A stretch of DNA of 64,000 nt, taken from positions 8,494,940 to 8,558,939 of the forward strand of contig CAVNZM010000013.1 of the NCBI GenBank assembly GCA_963693365.1. The letters run 5' to 3'. The notes below the pieces were generated by a model, which was not told the origin of the DNA, ran no database searches, and saw only the letters and a program-made list of their open reading frames with translations. Of this stretch, positions 1-29,997 are shown piece by piece; within the stretch, counting starts at the first letter, position 1; every line of letters begins with the position of its first letter. The stretch is from Amoebidium appalachense (lineage: Eukaryota; Protista; Ichthyosporea). The position numbers and the translations under genes are program-made.

Positions 1-401
1 ATGGAATCAGGAGGTTAAGCGCAAGGGAAAGTGGGAGAGCGAGGGGTGGGGTGGGTGTATGCCTAAAACGAGAAAGAGGAATGACCTGACTGCATCACAT
101 GGCTTGGTTGAGGAACCCAATTAGAACGACCATTATGGTGTCGTTGCTGATTATGGGATCATCCTGTCACTTCGTGTTGTCCACACCTTTTTTTTTCCTC
201 TTTTGGTGGGGGGGGGGGAGGGGGGGGGGGGGGGGGGGTCGTCACTTCAAGCCATTCGTACTTCATTTCCCATTTACCCCCTTTTTATGCAGTCCACCCT
301 TCTCCCTTCCCCCCTCCCCCCCCCCTCCCCCCTCCCCCGCAAAGCCCCCCAAAATAAGAAAAAAAGAAAGAAAACAAAGGGGGAAAAGCACATTCACACA
401 C

Positions 402-460
<59 letters not shown>

Positions 461-495
461 AGACACACACACAAGCACGCACGCGCGCGCACGCG

Positions 496-538
<43 letters not shown>

Positions 539-704
539 TCTCTCTCTCTCTCTCTCTCTCTCCCCCCCCACCCTCTCTCTCTCTCTTGCGTTTGTTGGCT
601 TTAACTTGTAAGGAGTTTAGTTCGCGAGGGAAAGGGGGGGGTAAGGGGGGGGAGCTCATCACCCCATGGATGCTGGTGTAACTTACGAGCATGTGTCTGT
701 GCAG

Positions 705-12626
<11,922 letters not shown>

Positions 12627-13046
12627 CATGAATGACAAGGGGAGGGCGAGGCAGAGCACGAAAGAAGGGCCGGTCCTGCAGGATAGGGGTGGGGTTTGGT
12701 CATATGTGCTGATATATGATAGATAAAACAGTTGTTGGATAATCCTCACGGGGATGCTATTGGATTGCAATTACAAAATTCAGTACTGTGCTGCGCCCGC
12801 GCACACGGACACAAACACATGCGCTCGCGCGCATACACACACACACACACACACGCACGCACGCACACACACACACACACACACGCACACACACACACAT
12901 CGGCATCTGTACTGTAACACTGTGTTGCCTCTGTCTCCGAGAGCAATGCACATGGGCAGTCTATTTGTCGTAGGCGGAGCCAGCTGTCACATTGTGTGTG
13001 AATTGCACAGCGTTGAATGCTGTACTTACCTTGTGTGCAAGAGAGT

Positions 13047-13081
<35 letters not shown>

Positions 13082-13521
13082 CTGGGGGCTGTATAGTATG
13101 AAACCCACCAAATAGTCAATATTCTGGTTCTTGACTTGAATCGGTGAAAATATGAAAATCCGGCTGATCATTCAGAAACACTTGGTTCTGAATAGTGTGA
13201 CCGATGGTGGACGTCCTCCCGTTCCCCCCCCCGCCCCCCTCCCCCCCCACCTTTCCCCTCCTTTCCCGGTGCATATAAGTACTCGTCCACAAACAGGCAC
13301 GGCCTTCACACACACGTGTGTATATATATAATACAGAAAAGGAAAAATAACAGCACTCATGCGCACAAACATTGTCAAGCACTGACATGCGCACAACGGT
13401 ATGCTACGATACACATGTACACACACACACACACCCTTGGGCCAGTCACGTTGTTTTCAAACATCTTGACGTGTGTGCCCACACACGTGCACCAGTACTG
13501 ATATGTCCGCACACGCACCAT

Positions 13522-14235
13522 GGGCGTGTTTGGCAACCCTCCAAAAAGCGTATTCGTATTTATGGCGAAAAGACGATCAATCGTGTTTATAAAATTATTT
13601 CGTGGTAGGCGTATTTAGGGCTGAAATACGATTATGGCGTACCAAACCGTGACGCCTAAACACGACAGTTGAGCCCGCCCGATCGTATTTTCATTTCATC
13701 AGTGGAATGCGAAAAGTGTATGTTTCAGATGTTTGATTGGGCGAAGGGGTGTAAACCAAAATAATACATTTATTACCTTGAAGTGTAAATAAAGTCTTTT
13801 TTCCTGTTTTATGGAAATAAATACTTAAATACACGACATACACGGTATACACGGTATACACGGTATACACGGTATACACGACAATATTTATTCTTTATTT
13901 CTGTTGTAAAAAAGCATTATGGGGAAAAGAACAGACACTGACCCAAGTTCCACCAATACCAAACCATAATAACCATAAAAGGTGCACTGCGGTGCAAGTA
14001 TTGGATTGGATCAGAGTGATCCAATAAAGCTCATATCGCTTATGATTGGCTTAAAGTGATATCGTCTTTTCGAAAATCACCTCCGGAGTATTTAGAGCGA
14101 TGTCCATCGTCTTTAGCGTAAATTGAAACCTGTGGCGCGTTTGGTACCATGGTCGAGCAAATATTCGTATTCGTCTTTAGGCCGAAAAGACGAATACGAT
14201 GAAAAGACGATATAACTGCGCTGCCAAACACGCCC
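13522..14235. mobile_element. PIF/Harbinger (Tourist-like) MITE, about 714 bp
   Basis: TIRs GGGCGTGTTTGGCA ... TGCCAAACACGCCC. TTA follows the right end, but the left flank is CAT, so the TSD is not preserved. Subterminal sequence is similar to the neighbouring copy. Contains a short (TACACGGTA)n array at about 13840-13880. Confidence 0.75.
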
Positions 14236-14278
14236 TTAGGTAAATGCGTGCACCACTAGTAGTGACTCTACACACTTA

Positions 14279-19781
<5,503 letters not shown>

Positions 19782-20060
19782 TTAAACTCTGAGGAGACCT
19801 GCACGTACTAGCATATGCCTGGGCCTGAGGCCTGGGACACGCACACACATGTACTATGTACTACATTTTCACACAGACACACGCGCTGTCACACACACAC
19901 GCACGTACACGGCAAGCACGACACACACACTGACACGCGTACGCACGCGCACACACAGACACATGCACGCACGCACACACGCACACACACATACACACGC
20001 ACACACGCACACACATGTGCACACATGTACACACACACACACACACGCACACACGCGCAC

Positions 20061-20124
<64 letters not shown>

Positions 20125-20978
20125 TCACTCACTCACTCACTATCACACTCACACATACACACAAACAGCTATATAATATGAAAAAAGCACGACATCGGAT
20201 TCACAGCTGCTCCGTGCGCACGTGGAGCTCAAGCTTGGTCTGAAAAAGTTTTCTATTTTTAGCACCACGAACGACATCTTCCCAAATCTAGAACGACTGT
20301 TACTAGTAGTATGTGCACCCGATCTATGTGCAATATTTTGAGTAGCTACCACATGACACATTCGTTTACATTCATTTTGAGCAAGAGTTAGCGCAATGCG
20401 TTTTTTAATGCTTAGTGATGAAAACCTCTTTTCCTCTTTTTATCAAAGTTTGCACATAAAAGAAAAAAGCAAATGGATCTCGCCCATTTGCTGAGGCCGT
20501 ACGATTGGCTGAAGATCACATGCTTAGCAAAGCCGCATCAAGTTTGTGTCGGAGTTGCGTGTACACACACGCGGCACCTCCTGGTCACTTTGAGTGCTGC
20601 CTCTCTGCGGCCTCTCTGACGTATACATACCTTGTAAGTAGCGGCAGGCTATGCCGCAGTGTAGTATAGCTCGGCTAGCATGCACCCATCACACCTGTGT
20701 GTGGGTGCAATTGAGAAATGTAGTGCATCTGTCTCTTGAAGACTCTCCGGGAAAACCGCATCCTTGCGATGCATCAACAGCCAATCGCCACAAACTGAAT
20801 CGATCTAAAAATAATTAGCTGATACCATTTTAGCCAATAAATTCGCCGGATCCTCGTGTCCGTTTGGCTATTCGAATTTCCGGCCCCGGCCGCCCGGTGC
20901 AAGGAACCGTTTTGAAGTTCCTTATCATCTTTTATCACACAGACGACAGGTCATCTTGTGCTGCTGTCGCCACTGCCA

Positions 20979-20986
20979 TATAAAGG
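20979..20986 (+). promoter_or_regulatory. Putative TATA box (TATAAAGG) of the first beta-helix gene
   Basis: About 110 bp upstream of ATG 21090, with CCAAT boxes further upstream (about 20781, 20834). The same TATAAAGG occurs upstream of the paralog at 44194-44201 (- strand). Confidence 0.5.
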
Positions 20987-21089
20987 AGAAAATTCACACG
21001 TATTTGCTCAGTTCGCACATGACACAGTCGTGCGTGTTATGCCAAAACCTTTGCTCCTTGCAGACTACTACCGTGGCACAAGCCCTTGA

Positions 21090-22415
21090 ATGGGCAAAAA
21101 ACACAAAATGACGGACAAGAAACGTTTTGCTATGGTTGCGTTTTCTGTGTGGGTTCTCCTAGTTTCTCTTGGGTGCATTGTCTCTCCGACACACGCAGCT
21201 GGCACTTGCGTTATACAGATGCTGTCGAGTAGCGCATGTTACAACACTCTCTCTGAAGCCATCAAGGTAGCGAAAAATGGAGAAACCATCCAAATTTTGC
21301 AGGACACCTACGTTTCTGCACCTATCACCATTGCCCAAACATCCCTTTCTTTCGTGGGGGTCGGCTCAACCAAACCCACGGTCACCAGTTTGCTGAAAGA
21401 GGATAACAAGGGAATCTTCAACGTCGCTGCCTCGAAAGCTACCATTATCACTCTAACCAACATACGTTTCCTTCATACCGGAGGTGGGTATGGCTCCCTT
21501 CTTCGAACCCCACACCTTGGAGACCAACCAGATCTTCCTGACACCGTTAACTACTCGGCCACTTCATTAACTGTAAACAACTGTGAGGTGCAAGGGTTCA
21601 ACACTGCAGCAAGGGGAGGTGGCGCTGTGTTTCTCGGCAAGGCAAATAATGTCGTCATCAAAAACAGCGCCTTTTCCAAAAACATGTGCACAACACCAGA
21701 AAAATACAACAAAGACGGTACCTTTAGGTGGAGCTCGGGGGGTGGTGCCGTTTATATCTACTACTTGGAGGGGAGTCTGACCGTTTCGGCAACCATCTTT
21801 AGCGAAAACTACCACACGTTCCAGCACAGCTCTGGTGGTGCTGTTTACGTTATAAATCAAGACGGCCCACTTTCCTTCGACGAAAAGACACGGTTTGAAA
21901 ACAACAAGGCTTCTGGTGGCGGGGCATTTGCCATCAACGGCTGCTACAACACCATAGCTGTGGACGGAAACTACACAGGCAATTCTGTCCATGCTATAGA
22001 CGGCTGGGATGCAAGGGGCTCGGCGGCATGGATACAATTTATCGAAAGCACCACGGTTACAATTAAGGGTCGGTTTACCAATAACTCGGGTACAGCTGCT
22101 GGTAAGGGGAAAATCAGGGGCTGCACCATAGCAAACAACTACATCAAAGCATCAAAGGTTGTCCTTTCTGGAACGTATGACTACAACTCGTGTAGCCCTA
22201 CCTTAAACACTGGATGTGTGTGGGATTCTGTTTCTCAAACCAACTCTCTACAACCTGGTTCCAGCATTCGTGTCACATCGTCGGCTAATCTTGGTTCTGG
22301 TAACACGGGTGATAAGCTTATCCGCCTTATGCGGGGGCCAGGGGGTTCTGAAATTTCCTTGAAAAAGAAAAGTTATAAGCAAGGGAAAGAGGTTGTAATC
22401 AGTTCTAATAATTAG
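21090..22415 (+). CDS. Secreted right-handed beta-helix (pectin-lyase-like / Pmp-repeat) protein, intronless, 441 aa
   Basis: Long, non-repetitive ORF with a hydrophobic signal peptide (FAMVAFSVWVLLVSLGCIVSPTHA). Has the N-terminal YNTLSEAI cap helix and repeated GGAV/GGAF and FxxN motifs. Full-length paralog at 42551-43915. Confidence 0.88.
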   Translation: MGKKHKMTDKKRFAMVAFSVWVLLVSLGCIVSPTHAAGTCVIQMLSSSACYNTLSEAIKVAKNGETIQILQDTYVSAPITIAQTSLSFVGVGSTKPTVTSLLKEDNKGIFNVAASKATIITLTNIRFLHTGGGYGSLLRTPHLGDQPDLPDTVNYSATSLTVNNCEVQGFNTAARGGGAVFLGKANNVVIKNSAFSKNMCTTPEKYNKDGTFRWSSGGGAVYIYYLEGSLTVSATIFSENYHTFQHSSGGAVYVINQDGPLSFDEKTRFENNKASGGGAFAINGCYNTIAVDGNYTGNSVHAIDGWDARGSAAWIQFIESTTVTIKGRFTNNSGTAAGKGKIRGCTIANNYIKASKVVLSGTYDYNSCSPTLNTGCVWDSVSQTNSLQPGSSIRVTSSANLGSGNTGDKLIRLMRGPGGSEISLKKKSYKQGKEVVISSNN

Positions 22416-23181
22416 ATCTTCAAGTGTATGGTGTTTGTAAGTGTACCAACGTTTACACACAAGAAAAGCTCGCCAAAGAATCAACTTTGTGTTTTATAAC
22501 GCGAAATTTCACTGAGTTGGATCTTGAGCAACTGATGTTAATACTGCAGATGTCGACGTCGAATGAGGCATGAAACCATGGACGTCATGGCTTACCGTAG
22601 AAATCCTTACACATACATGTTGCCAGATTAAAATACAAAACGAGATACCATTAGCAAGTGCAAACTTTGATTACTACCTATGCTTATAAGCTGATTATGG
22701 GTATCACCAGGTCCTCGATGTGTGCGTGTGTGTGTGCGCGCGCGCGTGTGTGTGAAAAAACAATTTGTTGGGAGGGGGGAGGGGGGGAGGGGGACACGGT
22801 AACCACAATAGGGCAGGCCTGGGTGGGGGAAGAGGGGGGGGGGGGGGGGGGAATGAATAACCGTATAACGGTGAGTTTGATGGAGTTTGGAGTTAGTAAG
22901 ATTGGACATAATGATTGATCCTGGAAGAGAAATTATGGTCGCTCACATGTGTTGCCCGCAGGCCTAGGGATATCCTGGGTTGGAAACTAGTGGTGGTGGT
23001 GATGGACCATGTGGTGGAGGTGGTGGATTTTCTTCTTTCTTTCTCCCTTTTCCTTCCTTCCTTCCCTTTTTTCTATCTTTCTTCCTTCGGAATCCTTTTA
23101 TTCATTCATTCATTCATTCGTTCATTCGTTCTTTCATTCATTCTTTCTTTCTTTCATTTCTTCTTCTTGTCTTTTTTTTTT

Positions 23182-23239
<58 letters not shown>

Positions 23240-24133
23240 GCGGATAGGCTTAGATCGGCCGTTTTTTACCTTTTTTTAAGGGACACTCCTCGATTTTGTA
23301 AAGAAAACAGCAACACTGCCATTCCTAGGCCTCCCGCCCTTCCCCTGCCGTGGCAAGCCTCAGAAACATGCAGGCTGTCTATCTATGATCCCTTCATGGC
23401 TTGGACCACATGTATGGGATTCTTGATTTTGAAACGGGAGGGGGGTAGTAGTAACTTGCAAGGAGGGGGGGGGGGGGGGGGGGGGACCCAGTCACCCTTC
23501 CGGCTAGTAGGGGGGGGGGGAGGCGGGGCCACAGGGGGGGGCCCGGGGGGGGGGGAACCCACCACCTCACCTGAGTAGGTGGGTCCCTCTCCCCCCTGAG
23601 GGGGGGGATGAGGGGAGGGGGGACCCACCCGCCTCATAGGCTGACATCAGTGACTATATCAGATAATCTGATCATAATAGTACTGTAATTTAGCAGTGGT
23701 TCACATACATTCCCAAAACGTAAACATTGAGGCTAACTAATAGGAGCCTCTTGATTACCGGAAACTCAGGCTCAGGATATATATGCCTTGCGGTCATTCT
23801 CTCTTGCCCCCCCCCCTCTCCCCCCCTCCCCCCTTCCTAACACACACGTCTCCAGTCGCCACACCGTGCGCGCACACACGCCCACACACGCCCACACGGT
23901 TTAAGATCAAACGTGCCTGCACACGCCGATAGTGTACCACATACGCACACGAGGTGCACAAACTTTGACCAGCAATGAGCGCCCGACATGATCCTATTGA
24001 ACATGCAGATACACAAACCCACATCACACATACATTCCCTGCCACACAGATACGCACACGAACACTCAGTCTGCACGGCCAGCAAGATAACCTTGCCCCC
24101 AATACTTCATAATTTAGAAATAGTTGGCCGCTG

Positions 24134-24189
<56 letters not shown>

Positions 24190-24246
24190 TAATATGTGTG
24201 TGTGCACGCGTTATGTGTTTGTGTGTGTGCGCACTCAGGGTCTCTC

Positions 24247-24315
24247 AGAGGAACTACCCTCTTCCATCCAGCACCGACCTAGTAGCGGTGCTGGGTGGAA
24301 GATTGTAGTTCCTCT
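24247..24315. other. Long hairpin (about 69 nt)
   Basis: AGAGGAACTAC pairs with GTAGTTCCTCT, and CTTCCATCCAGCACCG pairs with CGGTGCTGGGTGGAAG (one G-T). Confidence 0.7.
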
Positions 24316-24415
24316 TAGGTACGCCGAGGTACCCTCCGGGAGCAAAACGGGATAAAATAAAAAATAAAAACGTGGATGTGTGCGCGCGCGTGCACGTGTG
24401 CACGGCATCTTATAC

Positions 24416-24464
<49 letters not shown>

Positions 24465-24997
24465 TACTTGTGTTAATGAGCAGGGTGACTCAGAGGGAGG
24501 GGTGGGGGAGGCCGGGAGGATTTTAGAGGGACGGGACAGGCGGGGGAGGGGGTGGGGGGGGGAGGAGAGGGGGGGGGGGAGAGGGGGGAGGGTTAGAAAA
24601 TGTGAAAGAGCATATTGGCAGTACACATTTGCGGCGGACAACACCAAGCAAAGAACACACAAAGAGCTATGTATGCTATGGCATAAGAAGAGCACCAGCA
24701 CGAAGGGGTGGGAAGTGTGTGCGCGTGCATGTGTGTGTGCGCGTATGTGTGTGGTGCGTGTATGTGTGTGTGTGCGTTGGGTGGGGGGGGGGGGGGGGGG
24801 GGGGGGGAGCCTTCGGGGGTGGGGGTTGGGGTTGGGGGGGGGATATGCAATAGTGGCCAAAACGGAAGCAATTTCTCACCCAAAAAAAAAAAAAAAAAAA
24901 AAAAAAAGGTAACGAATGCAACCTCAGTGGGTCAGTGGAAAGGAGACTCTGGCCATGATCACTGGCACACGCTGGGGTGGAAGGGGAGGTGACGCGG

Positions 24998-25059
<62 letters not shown>

Positions 25060-25283
25060 CCACCACCGTGGGCCCACTCGCCCAGGTGGGTCCCTCCCCC
25101 CTGCGGCTACCTTTGGGGGGGAGGGGGGGGGGGGGAGGGGGGGGGGGGGGGGAGCGGTACGACCAGGCGGGACATCGATATTTACCACTCCCCCCCCTCC
25201 CATTTCAAATTCAAAAATCCCTATGCCTACAAGGTCCAAGAATTGGATGCACTGCGGAACTGAGCAAAGATCACCGTCTGCAA

Positions 25284-25314
<31 letters not shown>

Positions 25315-25789
25315 ACCCCACCCCGGACCCCCCTCCCAACCCTCTCCCCCCAACCCCCCCTCCCCACCCTCCCGCAACCACCAACACGCCCACACATACC
25401 CACCATCACCACCACTGCCACGACCACTGGCACCATCTCTGCCACCCCAACAAATTTAAACCTCCCCGGGCCAGTGGCACCCTATCTATCAGTATACGTA
25501 AATCAATACATACTCACAGAGCATGCCATGAGATGATTGAAACACCTTTGAAACACTAAGTCTTTAATAAAGAAATATAGTTCTGGAGTCTTCAAGTTGT
25601 AGATAATGTGCATTTTCATAGAATGCTGATGCGCTTTTGCATAACACGTAGACGAGTCATATATGACAAGTCCCCGCAAAAACAGCTGGGACAGTCACTC
25701 TGTATGAATGATTCCCGGAAGACATTTTTTTGCAAGTTTTTTTCTTTCCTTTCTTTTCTTTTCTTCTCTTTCCGAAGCCTTCTTTCAAA

Positions 25790-25900
25790 TTCTTCTTCTT
25801 CTTCTTCTTCTTCTTCTCCTTCTTCTTCTTCTTCTTCTTCTTCTTCTTCTTCTTCTTCTTCTTTTTTTTTTTTTTTTTTTTTTTTGGAGGGGGGGGGGGG

Positions 25901-25968
<68 letters not shown>
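25790..25968. repeat. Compound microsatellite (TTC)n / poly-T / poly-G / (GA)n
   Basis: Read directly. Confidence 0.9.
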
Positions 25969-25975
<7 letters not shown>

Positions 25976-26512
25976 AGGGAGAGAGAGATTGAGGGAGGGA
26001 GGGAGAGAGAGATTGAGGGAGGGGAGGGGGGAGGGGGGGGGGGGGGGGGGAGGGGGAGGGGGGGGGGGGGGGGGCACAAATTTGCATGACCCATCGCCAG
26101 TTCCTACAAGCATCGTGATGGATCCGGATGGGGGAAAGGGGGGAGAGGGCTAGCTGGATCCGGAGCTGGGAACACCCGCGAGGGTTAGGAGGGGAAAGGG
26201 AGTGGAGGGTGGGAGTCGGACCCCTCGGGCCGAGGGGGAAGGGGGCGGGGGGGGACTTGGATTTCCTGAGATTTTTTTGATCTACATAGCGCTGTAGTAT
26301 GCAGATGCACTCGATCCCGTGCATAATTGGTAGTGACTACGTGACATGAAGAGCACACGATACACACACAGGATCGTATGTGCACATCCATCAGCCACGT
26401 GCATGTTAGTTTACACACAGTTCTGTAGACATACTTGTCAGTTCTCAACAGTTCAGAGCTACGTATGTACAGAAGTCTTCACCGCATTTGAGCGCAACAG
26501 CTGTACAGTACC

Positions 26513-26931
26513 CAGGGTAGGGATTACGAAAAAAAATCGTCGTAATTACGATTAACGAGAGACCCCGATACGAATAAGGTCAGGGTACCGTCGTAACAGC
26601 TTTCGTATCAGGTGTGTAGCATTATAAACGCTTGGATATGTAATTTTCCCTATTTTTTTCAATATTTCTGTTCAAGAACAGCACATTCCCCCCCAAGAAC
26701 ATATCTACAGCGCTTCTCATGTGCAATATCGAGCCCCGTTAAGTTTCCAGGGCTTGTAATCTTGCGGCACTCAATTTGTAAAAACACGTATTTTGGGTTT
26801 TGCGACTGGGAGGGGCGTTTTAGGCGGGGCTTGCAGCTCCCCAAGAACCCACCCGTTACGATTAAGAAATTGTCCGTTACGATTGGCCAAAGGGCGACAC
26901 GGTTAAGCTGGCGAACCCCAGCCCAACCCTG
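26513..26931. mobile_element. hAT-type MITE, 419 bp
   Basis: TIRs CAGGGTAGGG / CCCAACCCTG with a perfect 8-bp TSD ACAGTACC (26505-12, 26932-39). Confidence 0.8.
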
Positions 26932-27421
26932 ACAGTACCCAGTGTGCAACCCAGATCCGTCCAGAAAGGTCCCCCTAAACTAGATGAGAGGGTGCAAATT
27001 GTGCGTAAACCCCTCACTAAAGTACTGTTGAAGCCAAGCCAAACAGGCGTTTAGAGGGCAGAAGTAGCTCGGAAATGCAGACAGAAGAAAATGTAAACAG
27101 TTAGTTAATGAATTGATATACATGTCTGAGCACCTTGGTTTTTATCAACGCCAACGCATATTACCGGCGGCGGGCCGGCGGAGGCTGCAGCTGGCCATGG
27201 CCGCGGGCCCGGCCTGTACTCCGGGCCGAACAGTTCTTCGCGAATGATTATCCGCGCAATTCATTCGCAATAAGGAGAAAGTGACTGTAGCTATATCCTA
27301 CAGCAACACTATTATTTTCATACACATTGCACTACTGGCGCCAAGGGTGCCAAGCTAGTAATGCTATTTGGCTAATTCTTGTATAGTTTTCTAACCGGTC
27401 GCCGCAACCTCGCTGGCCCAG

Positions 27422-28417
27422 CAGGGATGTGCCGGACCCTCCGTGAATTGACTTGACTTATAATTATATATAATTCAAGGCGAGGCCGGTGAATTGTATT
27501 GACTGGAAGTCATGACTTAGGGAGGTCTGACTCAAGTCATGACTTTAATGACCTATATATTATATTTAGTAATTTTTTGGCCCGCTCCCCCCTTCCTCTC
27601 CCTCCCCATCCCTCCACCCCGGCCCCCCCGAGGCCCCCCTCCCCCCATCCCCCCCCCCTCTTTAAACCCTTCCCCCCCCAAAAGTCATCTCACTCCCTCT
27701 TTCTTTTCTCTTCCTGTTATTAGTTATTACCATACGCAGTATAAGTTTCTTTCTCGTTCTGATAGAGAAATCAAAGGTAAAACTCAGTCGGCATGTGTTA
27801 TGTTCCTTAGGCAACACCGTACTGATCTTATCGCTTTTTGGGATCTTTGGCAGGATACATTTCTCCTGCTGTACGTATGGATACCACCCTAGTAGATAAG
27901 TCTGTATGGTGCTCTGATGTTGATAGTGCCTGGGAAGTTGTGCAGTGGCGTTGTAATTCTTGTTTCCATCGCCGCTGGTGCCACTTTTGTGCTGAACTTT
28001 TTAATCGAAAGCATGTTGATAGGTGTGAGTTTTTATGTCGCGTTTTACCTCTTTCCCTACGGGTGTCTGCTACACTGACTGGCAATGTGAACACTTTAGA
28101 CTTTTTGTTGAATTCTGTTGGTCGTCACATTGAGCATTTATATGATTTTCACACAGTGTTCAGGTATCTCAGTATACTCTCTTTGCCTCGAGTAAACAGC
28201 GTAAACCCCGTATGCACTTGTTACTGGATAACTCGTGTTTTTTACCGTCTTCTCAGTATGCCGTGCATACTTGCATATCTTTCCGTCGAATAAATTCAGT
28301 CAAAAGAAAAACAAAAGTCATACCTATACCCTGCAATGGTGTCTCGACTTGACTTTGAAAAGTCAGGAGCTTTTTTGACTTAAAGTCATGACTCCGAGTC
28401 AAGTCGGCACATCCCTG
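27422..28417. mobile_element. hAT-type MITE containing a LINE fragment
   Basis: Perfect 13-bp TIRs CAGGGATGTGCCG / CGGCACATCCCTG. Degenerate TSD TGGCCCAG vs TGGCCTCT. Subterminal AGTCATGACT/GACTT repeats. Confidence 0.7.
27689..28312 (+). mobile_element. 5'-truncated non-LTR retrotransposon (LINE family A), 3' end
   Basis: ORF remnant ...QWRCNSCFHRRWCHFCAELFNRKHVDRC...NTLDFLLNS, a C-terminal CxxC-x6-H-x3-C knuckle typical of LINE ORF2 ends. AATAAA plus A-rich tail. TSD AAAAGTCAT at 27680-88 and 28313-21. Confidence 0.7.
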
Positions 28418-29040
28418 TGGCCTCTTGATCCAAACAGCTACTGTTGTCGGTTCAACTAGGGAGACAGTAGTTTTTGATGTTTGATTGGCTTAGATCTAAA
28501 TGGATGCAAAATTTTCGGGCCGTGACTTGGAGGTGCTCTAATAATTGGGGATGTCACTGTAAGTAGCTGGCAAGTGGTTTCAGCCTGTATACTCTGCAGC
28601 AGTTTATAATTATAATAATGGTATACATGTGGCGCGTGGAATAAACTCGTACTATCAGGCATCAGAGATTATTCTGTCGACACCAGTGCGGCTGGCTGAG
28701 TTGGCTCCAAACTTCAAGGTTTCAAAAAGCCCCGCTTCGAAGATTCGTGCGCAACGATTGGCTCAGAGTCATAGGCTATTAACACCTTTCGTATCATCTA
28801 ATCATTTTACAAGCTTTGGTAGCCTTGCGGGTATATAAACAGGTTATTAACACCATCTCATTCATTTGAACCAGCACATCACACAGCCAGACAATGCACC
28901 CTTTGTTGTAGAGGCTTTTATCTAGATTATGTGTAGATACGTACCACATAAAGTGTCCATAAAACTACCGCCACCAAGAGCAAGGGGTCAGTAAATAGTG
29001 TAGGTTATACAGTAAAAATTACTGCTACAAAAGCGTGAAA

Positions 29041-29997
29041 ATGGCGCCATCCATCCACCCACCCAAACGCACACGGCCCATAAGCATTCCCCCTGCACTC
29101 AGCCTTTCACCGTTCAACAGTTCATCAAACACACCCGTTAACTCTCCGCTTTCTTTTAAACCTCAACCCAGCCCAAAACTTGCGCTTGTACTCCAAGAGC
29201 AACAAACCGCCGGGTTGGAGTGTCTGCTTGCAGAAAGGGTCGGGGGGAGTCCTTCGGTGGGAGCAAAGACAGTGAGAAGGGAGATAGCAATGAACAAGGC
29301 CAGAGGAGACGACTTTGGCGTGCAGTTGTGCAAATTCAACAACCGTTTTTTCGTATCGTTTGTAGAGGAGCTCTCTTTCATGAAAGGCACGCATACGCCC
29401 GCATACAGCATTGGGCTAGGTTTTGCGGATGAAATCATATCTGTCAACAAGCAAGACATCCACAACATGACGGAGGAGCAGGTGAAAGAGATGCTACGCA
29501 TGTCCGATGTCGTATATTTGGAGATTGCAGATGCCCCTTTGATGAAAACACATGTGTGTTGTTTTAGGCCGCTGGATGATTACCTTGGTATCCACGGTTA
29601 TCTAAACGGCGAAATTCTTCGGATTATTCCAGATTCCCCTGCGGAACGAGCTGGTGTTACGAAAGGGAGAACGGTGCTTTCCATAAATGGCAAGTCATGT
29701 GCTGCAATGACCGACAGGAAGGTTCTAGATCTCCTGGGAGATGCGGTGCGTGAACACGATGGGAAGGTGACGATCGTAACCATGGAAGCGACTCTCGCAA
29801 CGCGATTGGTGCACGAGTTGAACTATTGGCGGCTGTCTGAGGGGTTGAATTGTTCGAACGATGTTTTGCTCGACAACGATTTTTCGTATCTAATGGTTGC
29901 ATATAATGCCCCCTTGGTGGTGAGGGTGTTTGACAAGGTACTGAGCATGGGTGGCCTGTCAAGCGCGCCACGCAGCCCCGATCACGAGTCCAATTAA
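29041..29997 (+). CDS. SDCBP: Syntenin-like tandem PDZ-domain protein, intronless, 318 aa
   Basis: Pro/Ser-rich N-terminus followed by two PDZ domains (REIAMNK..DDFGVQL..FFVSFV..TPAYSIGLGFADEIISVN; NGEILRIIPDSPAERAGV..VLSINGKS) with syntenin-like spacing. TATATAAA at about 28833. Confidence 0.8.
   Translation: MAPSIHPPKRTRPISIPPALSLSPFNSSSNTPVNSPLSFKPQPSPKLALVLQEQQTAGLECLLAERVGGSPSVGAKTVRREIAMNKARGDDFGVQLCKFNNRFFVSFVEELSFMKGTHTPAYSIGLGFADEIISVNKQDIHNMTEEQVKEMLRMSDVVYLEIADAPLMKTHVCCFRPLDDYLGIHGYLNGEILRIIPDSPAERAGVTKGRTVLSINGKSCAAMTDRKVLDLLGDAVREHDGKVTIVTMEATLATRLVHELNYWRLSEGLNCSNDVLLDNDFSYLMVAYNAPLVVRVFDKVLSMGGLSSAPRSPDHESN

Noticed and set aside
20653-20708. tRNA-like start (TAGTATAGCTCGGCTAG) followed by a hairpin
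   Set aside because: No T-arm/B-box (GTTCGA) and no acceptor stem.
23375-23650. Weak inverted similarity TGTCTATCTATGA / TCATAGGCTGACA
   Set aside because: Too short and mismatched, with no TSD.
27336-27360. Helitron-like 3' end (small hairpin then CTAG-T)
   Set aside because: The hairpin is short and too close to CTAG; no matching 5' TC end or second copy.
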